This document shows positions 1 through 8,894 of a stretch of DNA of 40,000 bases, piece by piece. The notes below the pieces were generated by a model, which saw nothing but the letters and a program-made list of their open reading frames with translations, did no database searches and was not told where the DNA came from. The DNA is from Pseudomonadota bacterium (GTDB lineage: Bacteria; Pseudomonadota; Gammaproteobacteria; Pseudomonadales; Halieaceae): assembly GCA_038748515.1 (NCBI GenBank), contig JBCDIW010000002.1, positions 382,296-422,295 of the forward strand, given 5' to 3'. Position numbers and translations under genes: made by a program. How positions within the stretch are numbered: position 1 is the first letter of the stretch; each line of letters begins with the position of its first letter.

Positions 1-460
1 GCGCCGTTGCCTGGGTGACGACGTTACCGAGCACTACAGCATCGTGGCCGGCGACGCGACCGCCGTCGCCCGAGAAATGAAGGCCGCGGTGAAGAGCGTG
101 AAGCGCCAGCGCATTGCCCATTCCGAGTCCTTCAGCTACGCCTGGAAGCTTCACGTGCCCGAGGAACTGCAGCATCCCTTTGTGCCGACGCATGCCAATA
201 TGGCGGCGCTGGAACTGCATCGGGACCTTCCCAGACATCGCCTTATTGCGAACCTCCGCCAGGCCTTTTCCGGAATCGTGGCCGGCAATGTGAAGGACTT
301 TGGCGTGCGAGCGGTAGAGGAGAACGGCCCCTATCAGCTTCACGGCGAGACCGAAGTTATTTCGGGTCTGTCCGAACTGCTTGCGAACTTTGTCCGCGAC
401 GGTCGTATGAAAATCGACGCCAAGGGTTACACACCCTGCTTTGAGCTCGCCGGTGACTGA
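1..460 (+). CDS. ppnN: Nucleotide 5'-monophosphate nucleosidase PpnN (LOG/DUF3412 family), C-terminal part; 5' end outside the window
   Basis: The frame is open from base 2. The translation ...[24 protein letters not shown]...[30 protein letters not shown]...GYTPCFEL matches, from memory, the C-terminus of E. coli PpnN/YgdH ([30 protein letters not shown]...AYIPCYEI). Confidence 0.75.
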   Translation, partial: [152 protein letters not shown]

Positions 461-538
461 GGCCGTTATGACGCCCGAACGCCTCGCCTGGCTGAACACT
501 GGAAACAGCAGCCTACCTCCAATACAGAGGACCGAAAA

Positions 539-1678
539 ATGATCTTGCGAAACCTTTCCGCAACATTAGTCATGACCTTCTTAGCTGCCGCCTGCCAGGC
601 GCAGCTGCCCTTCAACGTTGAAGTTGTGGCCAGTTTCGATGAGCCCTGGTCCGTCGCGGAGATGCCGGACGGTCGGCTCCTCGTCACGGAGACTCGGGGC
701 TCCCTGCGCATCGTGACGCCCGAGGGAGAGAAGTCGCGCGACGTCGCTGGCGTACCGGACGTGGTGTACGGCGGCCAGGGTGGTCTTGGGGATGTGGTAC
801 TCCACCCTGACTTTGCCGATAACGGCGTCATCTATCTCAGCTACGGTGAGACCGGGGTAGGGGACTCGCGCGGCGCCGCGGTTGCCCGGGGCGTTCTGGA
901 TGCATCGACGGACCGGCCGTCCCTGAGTGACGTGGAAGTGATCTGGCGCCAGTACCCCAAGCTGGTCGGTTACGGCCACTACGGTCACCGTATGCTCTTC
1001 GATGACGACGGCTATCTGTGGATCACTTCCGGCGACCGGCAGAAATTCACGCCCTCCCAGGATATGCAGGCCAACGTTGGCAAGGTTCTACGTCTGAACG
1101 ACGATGGAACTGTGCCCGAAGACAATCCTTTCGTGGACTACTACAGCGACGATGCCTTCGTTGACGACATTGGCGTATACCCGCAGGTCTGGTCCCTGGG
1201 CCATCGCAACCCCCTGGGGATTGCGACGGACCTTGACGGGCAGATCTGGGAGATCGAGATGGGGCCGAGGGGCGGCGATGAGCTGAACCTGATCAGCCGC
1301 GGCGCCAACTACGGCTATCCCATAGTTTCGAACGGCATGCACTACGACGGCCGGCCGATCCCGGACCACGACACGCGTCCCGAATTTACCGCGCCGGCGC
1401 TGTGGTGGACACCGGTTATTTCTCCAGGAGATCTCATGGTCTACAAGGGCGAGATGTTCGGCGCCTGGCGCGGCAACGCTCTGGCGGCCGGCCTGTCCTC
1501 TCGTGCGATTATCCGGATCCAGTTGAACGAGGACGGCTCGGCCACGGAGCTGGAGCGCTACGACATGGATGCGCGCATCCGCAGTCTCGAAGAGTCCGCC
1601 GACGGCAGCATCCTGGTACTCGAGGACGAGCGCAGCGATAGCGGCGGTCGCCTGCTTCGCCTGACGCCCGCATCCTGA
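539..1678 (+). CDS. PQQ-dependent soluble sugar (glucose/sorbosone) dehydrogenase, secreted
   Basis: 379-aa ORF with an N-terminal signal-like segment. Motifs are typical of the YliI/sGDH beta-propeller family (GGLGDVVLHPDF, WSLGHRNPLG, GPRGGDELN, GANYGYP). Confidence 0.85.
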   Translation: MILRNLSATLVMTFLAAACQAQLPFNVEVVASFDEPWSVAEMPDGRLLVTETRGSLRIVTPEGEKSRDVAGVPDVVYGGQGGLGDVVLHPDFADNGVIYLSYGETGVGDSRGAAVARGVLDASTDRPSLSDVEVIWRQYPKLVGYGHYGHRMLFDDDGYLWITSGDRQKFTPSQDMQANVGKVLRLNDDGTVPEDNPFVDYYSDDAFVDDIGVYPQVWSLGHRNPLGIATDLDGQIWEIEMGPRGGDELNLISRGANYGYPIVSNGMHYDGRPIPDHDTRPEFTAPALWWTPVISPGDLMVYKGEMFGAWRGNALAAGLSSRAIIRIQLNEDGSATELERYDMDARIRSLEESADGSILVLEDERSDSGGRLLRLTPAS

Positions 1679-1737
1679 CATCGAGTACGGACGATGCGGG
1701 TTCAGCTTTGACGAAACAGCGCGGGGAGGTGCCCTAA

Positions 1738-2127
1738 ATGCCAGTTGAGGTTCAGGTTCTTGGCTACGCGGCCCTGCTGCAGTTTGTCCAGTTCGTGCTT
1801 ATGGCCGTTCCGGTCAATCTTCAGATGGGCGTTTCCTACACCGCCGGTGCGCGGGATCAACAACGGCAGCCCGAGGGTGTGCCGGGACGCCTGCACCGGG
1901 CCATGAACAATCATTTCGAGGGCCTGATTCTGTTCACCATCGCGGTGGTCGTAGTGGTGCTCGGCAACGCCTCCTCGACGCTGACGCAGTACGCGGCCTG
2001 GACGTATCTGGCGGCGCGGATTCTATACGTGCCGGCCTATGCCGCCGGAGTGTTTTTGCTTCGCTCGCTGGTATTCACGGTGGGTTTTGCCGCCACGCTA
2101 GTGATGCTGGTGGCGGCGCTTTTCTGA
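1738..2127 (+). CDS. MAPEG-family membrane protein
   Basis: 129 aa with 3-4 hydrophobic helices. The NHFEGLILF and ARILYVPAY motifs are characteristic of bacterial MAPEG proteins. Confidence 0.7.
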   Translation: MPVEVQVLGYAALLQFVQFVLMAVPVNLQMGVSYTAGARDQQRQPEGVPGRLHRAMNNHFEGLILFTIAVVVVVLGNASSTLTQYAAWTYLAARILYVPAYAAGVFLLRSLVFTVGFAATLVMLVAALF

Positions 2128-2132
2128 GAAGC

Positions 2133-3128
2133 ATGGCAACTCGTGCTTATCGGCCGGGGATGCCGGGCGGTTTCACCGCGGTGCCACAGCGAGCTATCGG
2201 CTGTCTGCTTACTTTGATTCTAAGCGTGCCGTGCGCTCTTGCCGAAACAAGCCTGCGCTCGGGCTTTGTGGATGTGCCCGGCGGTCCCGTGTGGTTCGAA
2301 ATCGCGGGCGATGCCGACGGGGTTCCGTTGGTGGCTTTGCATGGCGGACCCGGCGGCACGTCCTGCGGTCTACAGCTGCTGTATCCCCTCTCCGACGAAT
2401 GGCCCGTGCTGCGCTATGACCAGCTCGGTACCGGGCGCTCCGGTCGGCCTCGGGACTCATCGCTCTGGCAGCGTGATCGCTTCGTCGAGGCCCTGCACCG
2501 GCTGCGTACCGTTCTGGGCCTGGAGCGCATGCATCTCCTGGGTCACAGCTGGGGTGGCGCGCTCGCCGCCTACTACGTGTTGGAGAAAGGCGGGGAAGGG
2601 ATCGTTTCTCTGACCTTGTCCTCGCCGCTGATCAGTACGCCACTGTGGATTCGTGACGCCAATGCGTTGCGGGCGACGCTTCCGCCTGAGGTGCAAGCTG
2701 TTCTGACCCGCCACGAATCTGCCGGCACGACCGACGATCCGGAGTACCTGGAGGCAACGGAGCTGTTTTACGAACGTTTCGTGCGCCGCGGCGCGGCGGC
2801 GGAAGAAACGAGCTGCGAAGATGCGCCTAGGAACTCCGCGATCTATATGCAGATGTGGGGTCCCACGGAGTTTTACGCCACGGGCAGTCTGCGGGATTTT
2901 GATCTTGTGCCGCGCCTAAAGGAGATCGACGTGCCCACTCTCTTCATTACGGGTGAGTTTGATGAGGCGCGACCGGAGACGATCCGTGGCTTCGCGGAAG
3001 CCGTACCCGGCGCGAGTTTTGAGATGGTCCCCGGTGTGGGCCATGCCTCGCTATCACGGTCACCGGTGTTGTACCGGGAAATCCTGCGCCAGTTTCTTCG
3101 AAGCGCGGAGCGCGGCGCAAAATCCTGA
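2133..3128 (+). CDS. Alpha/beta hydrolase, proline iminopeptidase-like, probably secreted
   Basis: 331 aa with an HGGPGG oxyanion motif and a GHSWGG nucleophile elbow. The C-terminal GVGH histidine region and an N-terminal signal-like segment ending ALA-E are also present. Confidence 0.8.
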   Translation: MATRAYRPGMPGGFTAVPQRAIGCLLTLILSVPCALAETSLRSGFVDVPGGPVWFEIAGDADGVPLVALHGGPGGTSCGLQLLYPLSDEWPVLRYDQLGTGRSGRPRDSSLWQRDRFVEALHRLRTVLGLERMHLLGHSWGGALAAYYVLEKGGEGIVSLTLSSPLISTPLWIRDANALRATLPPEVQAVLTRHESAGTTDDPEYLEATELFYERFVRRGAAAEETSCEDAPRNSAIYMQMWGPTEFYATGSLRDFDLVPRLKEIDVPTLFITGEFDEARPETIRGFAEAVPGASFEMVPGVGHASLSRSPVLYREILRQFLRSAERGAKS

Positions 3129-3290
3129 GTGATTTCCACCGATACCGGTGCCCAAAACGACCGGTGCTTGAGCGTGACGTATCGCGGTGGCGAATGTATC
3201 TCGTTACGCGGAATCCGAGGCTTTGACACAGGTCAACGTGGCCACATAAACCCTACCCGAGAATGATTCTTCCGTTGATCGACTCAAGAG

Positions 3291-3815
3291 GTGGCAGGGA
3301 TGAGTGTAGGAATCAGTGGCGCTGTGGCCGACGCTTTCAACCGGCAAATCAACAGCGAGTTGAAGGCCAGCTACGCCTACCGGGCCATGGCTGCGTACTT
3401 CGATGATCAGCAGCTGCCGGGGTTTGCCAAGTGGTTTATCCAGCATGCCGAGGAAGAGGTGAGTCACTCGATGCGCCTCTATGATCATCTTGTGCAGCGA
3501 GGTGCCCGGGTAACGCTTGAGGCTATGGAGCAACCTGAATCAGAGTTTGCGGATCCGGAGGCTGCCGTGTTGGCGGCGCTCTCCATGGAGGGGGAGGTCA
3601 CCGCTCAAATCAATGAGCTGTTTGACCTGGTTCAAGAGAGCAAGGACTTCGGTTCGCAGCCCGTCCTGCATTGGTTCCTGGACGAACAGGTCTCCGAAGA
3701 AGACACCTTCTCCCGCCTTCTCGATCAAGTAAAGTCAGCGGGGGACAGCCGTTGGCATCTGCTAGCCCTGGACCAGCAGCTCGGGGGTGCGGGCGCGAGC
3801 GTGGACGAAGGCTGA
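3291..3815 (+). CDS. Non-heme ferritin (true start may be the ATG at 3300)
   Basis: Ferritin four-helix motifs are present: INSELKASYAYRAMAAYF, HAEEEVSHSMRLYDHL, LDEQVSEE. Confidence 0.85.
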   Translation: MAGMSVGISGAVADAFNRQINSELKASYAYRAMAAYFDDQQLPGFAKWFIQHAEEEVSHSMRLYDHLVQRGARVTLEAMEQPESEFADPEAAVLAALSMEGEVTAQINELFDLVQESKDFGSQPVLHWFLDEQVSEEDTFSRLLDQVKSAGDSRWHLLALDQQLGGAGASVDEG

Positions 3816-3900
3816 CATCGCATCGAGACTGTACGGGGGTTATGGCACGGGCTTTTTCCTGGCGCGGTGGCTGACTACCCGATATTGCTAAGCCTAGAAT

Positions 3901-4016
3901 GTTCAGCGGTTCAGCGGTTCAGCGGTTCAGCGGTTCAGCGGTCCCCAGCGGTTCAGTGGTCCAGCGGTACGGCGGCATAGCGGTGTAGCGGTACAGTGGC
4001 AAAGCAGCACAGCGTG
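3901..4016. repeat. 8-bp tandem array, GTTCAGCG x5 perfect, decaying into about 9 degenerate GNNNAGCG units
   Basis: Read directly: gttcagcg repeats five times from 3901, followed by gtccccagcg gttcagtg gtccagcg gtacggcg gcatagcg gtgtagcg gtacagtg. It lies between the convergent ferritin and dnaE2 3' ends. Confidence 0.9.
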
Positions 4017-4119
4017 AGGGCTGTATGCGCTGATGTTCCACAGCAAGCGTTTTCCTTGCCGAAACCGGTGATCTGCTTTTTCGTGGCGCCTCGTGCCGCT
4101 CGCTCGCTGTGTGTTGCAG

Positions 4120-7100
4120 TCAGCGAAAGCTTCGCGGTTTTACACCCAGCTCCCCAAGGGCCTGCGAATGATCAAAGAGGGCGCCGGCAACGATGTGCGT
4201 CACGCCGTCTTTTTTCTGCAGTGTTCCTTTCACAAGCAGTAGCCGGCCTTTCATCAACGCTTCGCGGAACTGCACCTGAACGCCGGGCCAGACCACCACG
4301 TTGTTATTGCCCGTCTCATCTTCCAGGGTAAGGAAAAGAACGCCGGACGCCGTGCCCGGACGCTGTCGACAGGTGACGAGCCCGGCGATACGCACAAAGC
4401 GTCCGTCGCCGAGGGCTTCGAGATCCCGATTCCGCTTGCACTGGGTGAAGGGCGCACGCTCGCGCAGCAATGCCAGGGGATGGGCGCGCAGGCTGAGCCC
4501 CGTGCTCTGGTAATCAGCGACCACCGCTTCGGCCACGGCTGGGGCTTCGAGTTCGACCGCATCGCTGAGCTCCGAAGATGATGCCTGGCGTTCGTGTCCG
4601 AGGAGCGGACGCTCTGGTTCCAATGCCATCACCTGCCAGCGTGCCTGGTGGCGGTTGCCGCTAAGGCTGGCGAGGGCGTCGGCATCCACCAGCGCTTCCA
4701 TGGCGCCCTTGTCGAGCTGCGCGCGGCGGCGCAGATCCGCAATCTGACGGAATGCGCCGTGCTGGCGAGCCTCCCTGATCCGCTCGGCGGCTTCCCGGGC
4801 CAGACCCTTGACCAAACGGAGACCGAGGCGGACCGGCGCTTTGTGACCGGCGCGGCCATCGTCCAGGAGCTGGTGATCCCAATCGCTGTGGTTGACGTCG
4901 ATGGCGAGCACGTCCACGCCGTGGCGTCGCGCATCCTGAATGAGCTGCGACGGCGTGTAGAAACCCATGGGCTGGCTGTTCAGCAGGCCCACGTAGAAAG
5001 CCGCCGGGTGATGGCGTTTGAGCCAGGCAGACACATAGGCGAGGAGAGCGAAGCTCGCCGAGTGCGACTCGGGAAAACCATAACCACCGAAGCCCTTGAT
5101 CTGATCGAAGAGGCGTTTGGCGTAGTCCTCCGTATAGCCGCGGCGCAGCATGCCCTGAGTGAGCTTTTGCTCGAAGGTCATCAGCTTGCTGTTGCGTCCC
5201 CAGTTGGTGATGGCGCGACGGAGCTGGTCCGCCTCGCCACCGGTAAACCCCGCGGCGACCATCGCCAGGCGAATCACCTGCTCCTGGAAGATCGGCACAC
5301 CCAGGGTGCTCTGCAGCACGCTTTTCACGGCGTCATCGGGGTAGGTGACATCCTCCAGACCCTGGCGGCGGCGCAGATAGGGATGAACCATATCCCCCTG
5401 GATCGGCCCGGGGCGCACGATGGCAATTTCGATGACCAGGTCGTAGAAGCAGGCAGGCTTGAGGCGCGGCAGCATGGTCATCTGCGCTCGCGACTCGATC
5501 TGGAACACACCCAAGGAGTCGGCCTGCTGCAGCATGTGGTAGGTGGCGCTGTCTTCGGTCGGTACGTCCTGCAGGCTGCGGATGCGCGGGTCGTAGCGCT
5601 GCACCAGATCCAGGGATTTGCGGATCGCCGAGAGCATGCCCAGGGCAAGAACGTCGACCTTGAGCAGGCCGAGGGCTTCGATGTCTTCCTTGTCCCATTG
5701 GATGACCGTGCGGTCTGCCATGCTCGCGTTCTCCACGGGCACGAGCTGGGAGATGGGGCCGCGGGAGATCACGAAGCCGCCGACGTGCTGCGAGAGGTGG
5801 CGGGGGAAGCCGAGGATCTCCTGCACCAGTTGATAGAAGAGGGTGGCGGTGCTTGTTTCGCCGTCATCGCGTTCTGTGTCGAGGCCGTGCTCGGCGAAGC
5901 GTGCTTCGAGGTCGCGCTGTTTATCCCACCAGGCCAGGGACTTGGCGAGATCGTCGATGAAGATCGGGTCCAGGCCGAGCGCCTTGCCCACGTCGCGGAC
6001 GGCACTGCGCGCGCGGTAGGTGATGATCGTGGCGGCCAGGGCGGCGCGGCGGCGCGTGTACTTTCGGTAAATGTACTGGATGACTTCCTCGCGGCGTTCG
6101 TGCTCGAAGTCGACGTCGATGTCCGGCGGTTCGTCGCGCTCGCGGGAGATGAAGCGTTCGAAGAGCAGGGAGACCTTTTCCGGTGACACCTCGGTGACGA
6201 ACAGGCAATAGCAGACCACGGAGTTCGCCGCCGAGCCGCGACCCTGGCATAGGATGCCGCGCTCGCGGGCGAAGCGGACCACGTCGTAGACCGTGAGGAA
6301 GTAGTACTCGTAGTCGAGGTCGGCGATGAGCCTGAGTTCGGCTTCTATGCGCTCGTGCACGCTCTGCGGCACGCCGCCGGGCCAGCGCCGGCTGGCGCCC
6401 TGCCAGGTCAGCTCGCGCAGGTAGCTGCGCGCATCGTAGCCTTCGGGGACGACTTCCTCGGGGTATTCGTAGCGCAGTTCATCGAGGCTGAAGCGGCACT
6501 GGCGGGCGATGCGCCGGGTCTCCTTTAGCAACTCAGGTGGGTAGAAGCGTTCGAGCTGGTTGAGGCCGCGCAGGTGCTGCTGGGCATTGGGCAGGCGGCG
6601 GCTGCCGAGTTCGGCGATGCTGCAGTTGTGATAGAGCGCGGTCATCACATCGTGCAAAGGCTTGCGCGCGGCGCTGTGCATGCGTACATCGCCGCAGGCC
6701 ACCAGGGGAAGCCCGAGGTCCTGGCCGAGCGTCTGCAATGTCCGGTAGCGACGCAGCTCATCGTTGCCCAGCAGGTAGTGCACGCCGATCCACACACGCT
6801 CGCGACACAGGCGCGCGAGCTGGCGCCCGAAACCTCGCGTGCTCTCATCGTCGTCCCGGGGCAGCCAGATCAACAGGCAGCGTTTGAGCTGGAAGATCAC
6901 GTCGCGCAGGGCCAGCTCGTACTCGCCCTTGGGGCTACGCCGCCGTCCGAGGCTGATCAGTCCCGAGAGTTCGGCATAGGCCGCGCGAGTGGGCGCGATA
7001 GCAATCAGACGCAGTCCCTCCACCAGCGTGAACTCGCTGCCGATGATCAACTGCAGGCCGCATTCCTTCGCCGCAATGTGGGCCTTTACTACGCCTGATA

Positions 7101-7242
7101 GCGAGCATTCGTCGGTAATCGCGATGCCCGCATAGCCCTTCGCCGCCGCCCCCGCGACCAGCTCTTCCGGCCGGGAAGCTCCGCGCAGGAAACTGAAGCA
7201 GGACAGGCAGTGGAGTTCGGTGTAGTACGCGGAGGAAGGCAT
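4120..7242 (-). CDS. dnaE2: Error-prone DNA polymerase III alpha-like subunit DnaE2 (ImuC)
   Basis: 1040 aa. The N-terminus YTELHCLSCFSFLRGASRPEELV (PHP domain) and overall length are typical of DnaE2 rather than DnaE1. imuA and imuB are on the same strand in this window. Confidence 0.95.
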   Translation of the reverse strand: MPSSAYYTELHCLSCFSFLRGASRPEELVAGAAAKGYAGIAITDECSLSGVVKAHIAAKECGLQLIIGSEFTLVEGLRLIAIAPTRAAYAELSGLISLGRRRSPKGEYELALRDVIFQLKRCLLIWLPRDDDESTRGFGRQLARLCRERVWIGVHYLLGNDELRRYRTLQTLGQDLGLPLVACGDVRMHSAARKPLHDVMTALYHNCSIAELGSRRLPNAQQHLRGLNQLERFYPPELLKETRRIARQCRFSLDELRYEYPEEVVPEGYDARSYLRELTWQGASRRWPGGVPQSVHERIEAELRLIADLDYEYYFLTVYDVVRFARERGILCQGRGSAANSVVCYCLFVTEVSPEKVSLLFERFISRERDEPPDIDVDFEHERREEVIQYIYRKYTRRRAALAATIITYRARSAVRDVGKALGLDPIFIDDLAKSLAWWDKQRDLEARFAEHGLDTERDDGETSTATLFYQLVQEILGFPRHLSQHVGGFVISRGPISQLVPVENASMADRTVIQWDKEDIEALGLLKVDVLALGMLSAIRKSLDLVQRYDPRIRSLQDVPTEDSATYHMLQQADSLGVFQIESRAQMTMLPRLKPACFYDLVIEIAIVRPGPIQGDMVHPYLRRRQGLEDVTYPDDAVKSVLQSTLGVPIFQEQVIRLAMVAAGFTGGEADQLRRAITNWGRNSKLMTFEQKLTQGMLRRGYTEDYAKRLFDQIKGFGGYGFPESHSASFALLAYVSAWLKRHHPAAFYVGLLNSQPMGFYTPSQLIQDARRHGVDVLAIDVNHSDWDHQLLDDGRAGHKAPVRLGLRLVKGLAREAAERIREARQHGAFRQIADLRRRAQLDKGAMEALVDADALASLSGNRHQARWQVMALEPERPLLGHERQASSSELSDAVELEAPAVAEAVVADYQSTGLSLRAHPLALLRERAPFTQCKRNRDLEALGDGRFVRIAGLVTCRQRPGTASGVLFLTLEDETGNNNVVVWPGVQVQFREALMKGRLLLVKGTLQKKDGVTHIVAGALFDHSQALGELGVKPRSFR

Positions 7243-7263
7243 AGTGACAAGGGCGTGGGACGG

Positions 7264-8274
7264 TCACTGGGAGTCCAGCGGGCTGATCACGCCCATCGCG
7301 CCGCGGCCAAGCACGTGCGTGTAGATCTCGGTGGTTTTTACGTCCGAGTGGCCCAGCAGCTTCTGGATAGTCCTCAGATCGTAGCCCTGCTGGAGCAGGC
7401 GGGTCGCGAAGCTGTGTCGGAACGTATGACAGCGCACAGGTTTGTGTATGCCGGCCTGTAAGCGTGCTTTGGTAACGGCTTTGCGCAGAGAGGTTTCGTG
7501 AAGGTGATGGCGTCTATGCACCCCCGAGCGAGGATCGACACCGATACGAGTCGAGGGAAACAGGAACTGCCAGCCCGTCTCGCGGGCGGCCTTCGGGTAC
7601 TTACGGGCCAGGGCGTAGGGCATATAGACCTCACCGTAGCCGTCTTCGATATCGCGCTTGTGAAGCTTCTGCACCAGGGCAACCTGCGCTCGCAGCGGCT
7701 CCTCAAGCGCTGCCGGCAGCAGAGTCACGCGATCCTTATCGCCCTTTCCGGATCGCACCGTGAGTGTATTGAAATCAAAGTCGAGGTCCTTGATTCGCAG
7801 ACTCAGAAGCTCGTTCAGTCGCAGCCCCGACCCATAAAGCAGCTCTGCCATCAATCGGTGGTTGGCTGACATCTGGGCAAGGATTCGAAGTACCTCGGCG
7901 TGAGTAAGCACTACCGGCAGGCGACGCCTCAATCTGGCTTTGCTGAATTCCAGTGAATCCAGACTCATGCCCAGGAAGCGCACGAACAGATAGATCAACG
8001 CGTTTAGCGCGATGCGCTGTGTTGCTGGAGAGCACTGACGCTCATTGGCGAGGTGGCTCAGATACTGCTCGACATGCTCTGCAGAGAGAGTCGCGGGATG
8101 CTGCTTGCCGTGGAAGCGAATGAAGCGAGTGATCCAATGTATGTAGGTCTTTTCCGTCTTCCATGCATACCCACCGTCCCGAAGATGACGGCGTAGCTGA
8201 TCCAGGAGCCGCCTGGGCTGCGCCGGTACCTTGGGTGGAACGTCCGGAATGTTGTTTGATTGAGTACTGTACAT
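7264..8274 (-). CDS. intI: Integron integrase IntI (tyrosine recombinase)
   Basis: 336 aa. It has tyrosine recombinase boxes (HTFRHSFATRLL, LLGHSDVKTTEIYTHV) and the IntI-specific insertion around ALARKYPKAARETGWQFLFPS. It is divergent from an attC-bounded cassette array. Confidence 0.95.
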   Translation of the reverse strand: MYSTQSNNIPDVPPKVPAQPRRLLDQLRRHLRDGGYAWKTEKTYIHWITRFIRFHGKQHPATLSAEHVEQYLSHLANERQCSPATQRIALNALIYLFVRFLGMSLDSLEFSKARLRRRLPVVLTHAEVLRILAQMSANHRLMAELLYGSGLRLNELLSLRIKDLDFDFNTLTVRSGKGDKDRVTLLPAALEEPLRAQVALVQKLHKRDIEDGYGEVYMPYALARKYPKAARETGWQFLFPSTRIGVDPRSGVHRRHHLHETSLRKAVTKARLQAGIHKPVRCHTFRHSFATRLLQQGYDLRTIQKLLGHSDVKTTEIYTHVLGRGAMGVISPLDSQ

Positions 8275-8282
8275 ATATACAG
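8267..8282. promoter_or_regulatory. LexA (SOS) box CTGTACATATATACAG overlapping the intI start codon
   Basis: Perfect gammaproteobacterial CTGT-N8-ACAG palindrome with an AT-only spacer and TA flanks (TACTGTACATATATACAGTA). The intI ATG (8274-8272, minus strand) lies inside it. A TATACT -10-like hexamer overlaps the upstream half-site on the minus strand. Confidence 0.8.
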
Positions 8283-8479
8283 TATAGCTGGGTTTGGGAT
8301 GCTCGTAAGGGGTTTTTCAGCGTGCCTTGGCATACTTCTCCGCTAGTGCGTTGAAATTGCGCAAGTTTTTGCGATGACGACGGTCGAATTCGATGTATCA
8401 GCGTTGGGTACTACGTTCGTTGTTTCTGCCGGGTTAATCTGGGCATACAGTAAGGTATTGAAACATGCAGAAAATTTGC

Positions 8480-8554
8480 CGGGAGTTTGCCTGTGCGAGA
8501 AAAGATAGGGAGAAATGTATTAACGTGCTTTGTCTCGTTAATTAGCTGTTATGT
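8480..8554 (+). other. Putative attI recombination site (core GTTATGT at 8548-8554); left boundary approximate
   Basis: This is the first GTTRRRY core, between intI and the first cassette ORF (ATG at 8564), in an AT-rich spacer. A second GTTAATT lies at 8536-8542. Confidence 0.45.
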
Positions 8555-8561
8555 GTCACAG
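8546..8561. promoter_or_regulatory. Weak LexA-like palindrome CTGTTATGTGTCACAG overlapping the attI core
   Basis: It matches the CTGT-N8-ACAG skeleton, but the spacer (TATGTGTC) and flanks deviate from the consensus. About one chance match is expected in 40 kb. Confidence 0.25.
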
Positions 8562-8563
8562 CG

Positions 8564-8887
8564 ATGAAGCTACTCTTCGTTTGTTCGGAAAATCGCTTGC
8601 GAAGCCCAACAGCAGAAGAGGTCTTCTCTTCCTACCCAGGCGTAGAGGCCATTGGCTGCGGCACTAACGCTGATGCAGAAACACCTCTTTCCGGTGATCT
8701 GATTGAGTGGGCTGACGTTGTCCTTGTCATGGAGAAAACTCATCGCAGCAAGGTGGCGAAGAAGTATCGAGACCTCCTCAAGACGAAGAGGCTCGTGTGT
8801 CTGGATATACCTGACAATTATGCCCGCATGCAGCCAGAACTAGTGCATCTGTTAGAAGCTAAGGTTCCGAAGTATGTGCGTCTGTAG
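8564..8887 (+). CDS. Cassette 1: low-molecular-weight phosphotyrosine phosphatase-like protein
   Basis: 107 aa. The N-terminal LFVCSENRLRS fits the CX5R(S/T) P-loop of LMW-PTP/ArsC-like phosphatases. Confidence 0.65.
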   Translation: MKLLFVCSENRLRSPTAEEVFSSYPGVEAIGCGTNADAETPLSGDLIEWADVVLVMEKTHRSKVAKKYRDLLKTKRLVCLDIPDNYARMQPELVHLLEAKVPKYVRL

Positions 8888-8894
8888 CGGACAC

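Noticed and set aside
3240-3290. Possible Fur box (GAGAATGATTCTTCCGTTG) upstream of the ferritin gene
   Set aside because: By eye it matches only about 11 of 19 positions of the GATAATGATAATCATTATC consensus, which is too weak to call without a scoring matrix.
4594-6186. 530-aa plus-strand ORF, and other long ORFs antisense to clear genes (for example 34629-35486, 37386-38279, 33516-34493, 29496-30044, 30045-30791, 18171-18935, 1088-1681)
   Set aside because: All lie opposite strongly supported genes (dnaE2, holA, leuS, imuA, imuB, the ALS-like gene, the PQQ dehydrogenase). Their Arg/Ala/Gly-rich translations are typical of stop-poor antisense frames in high-GC DNA.
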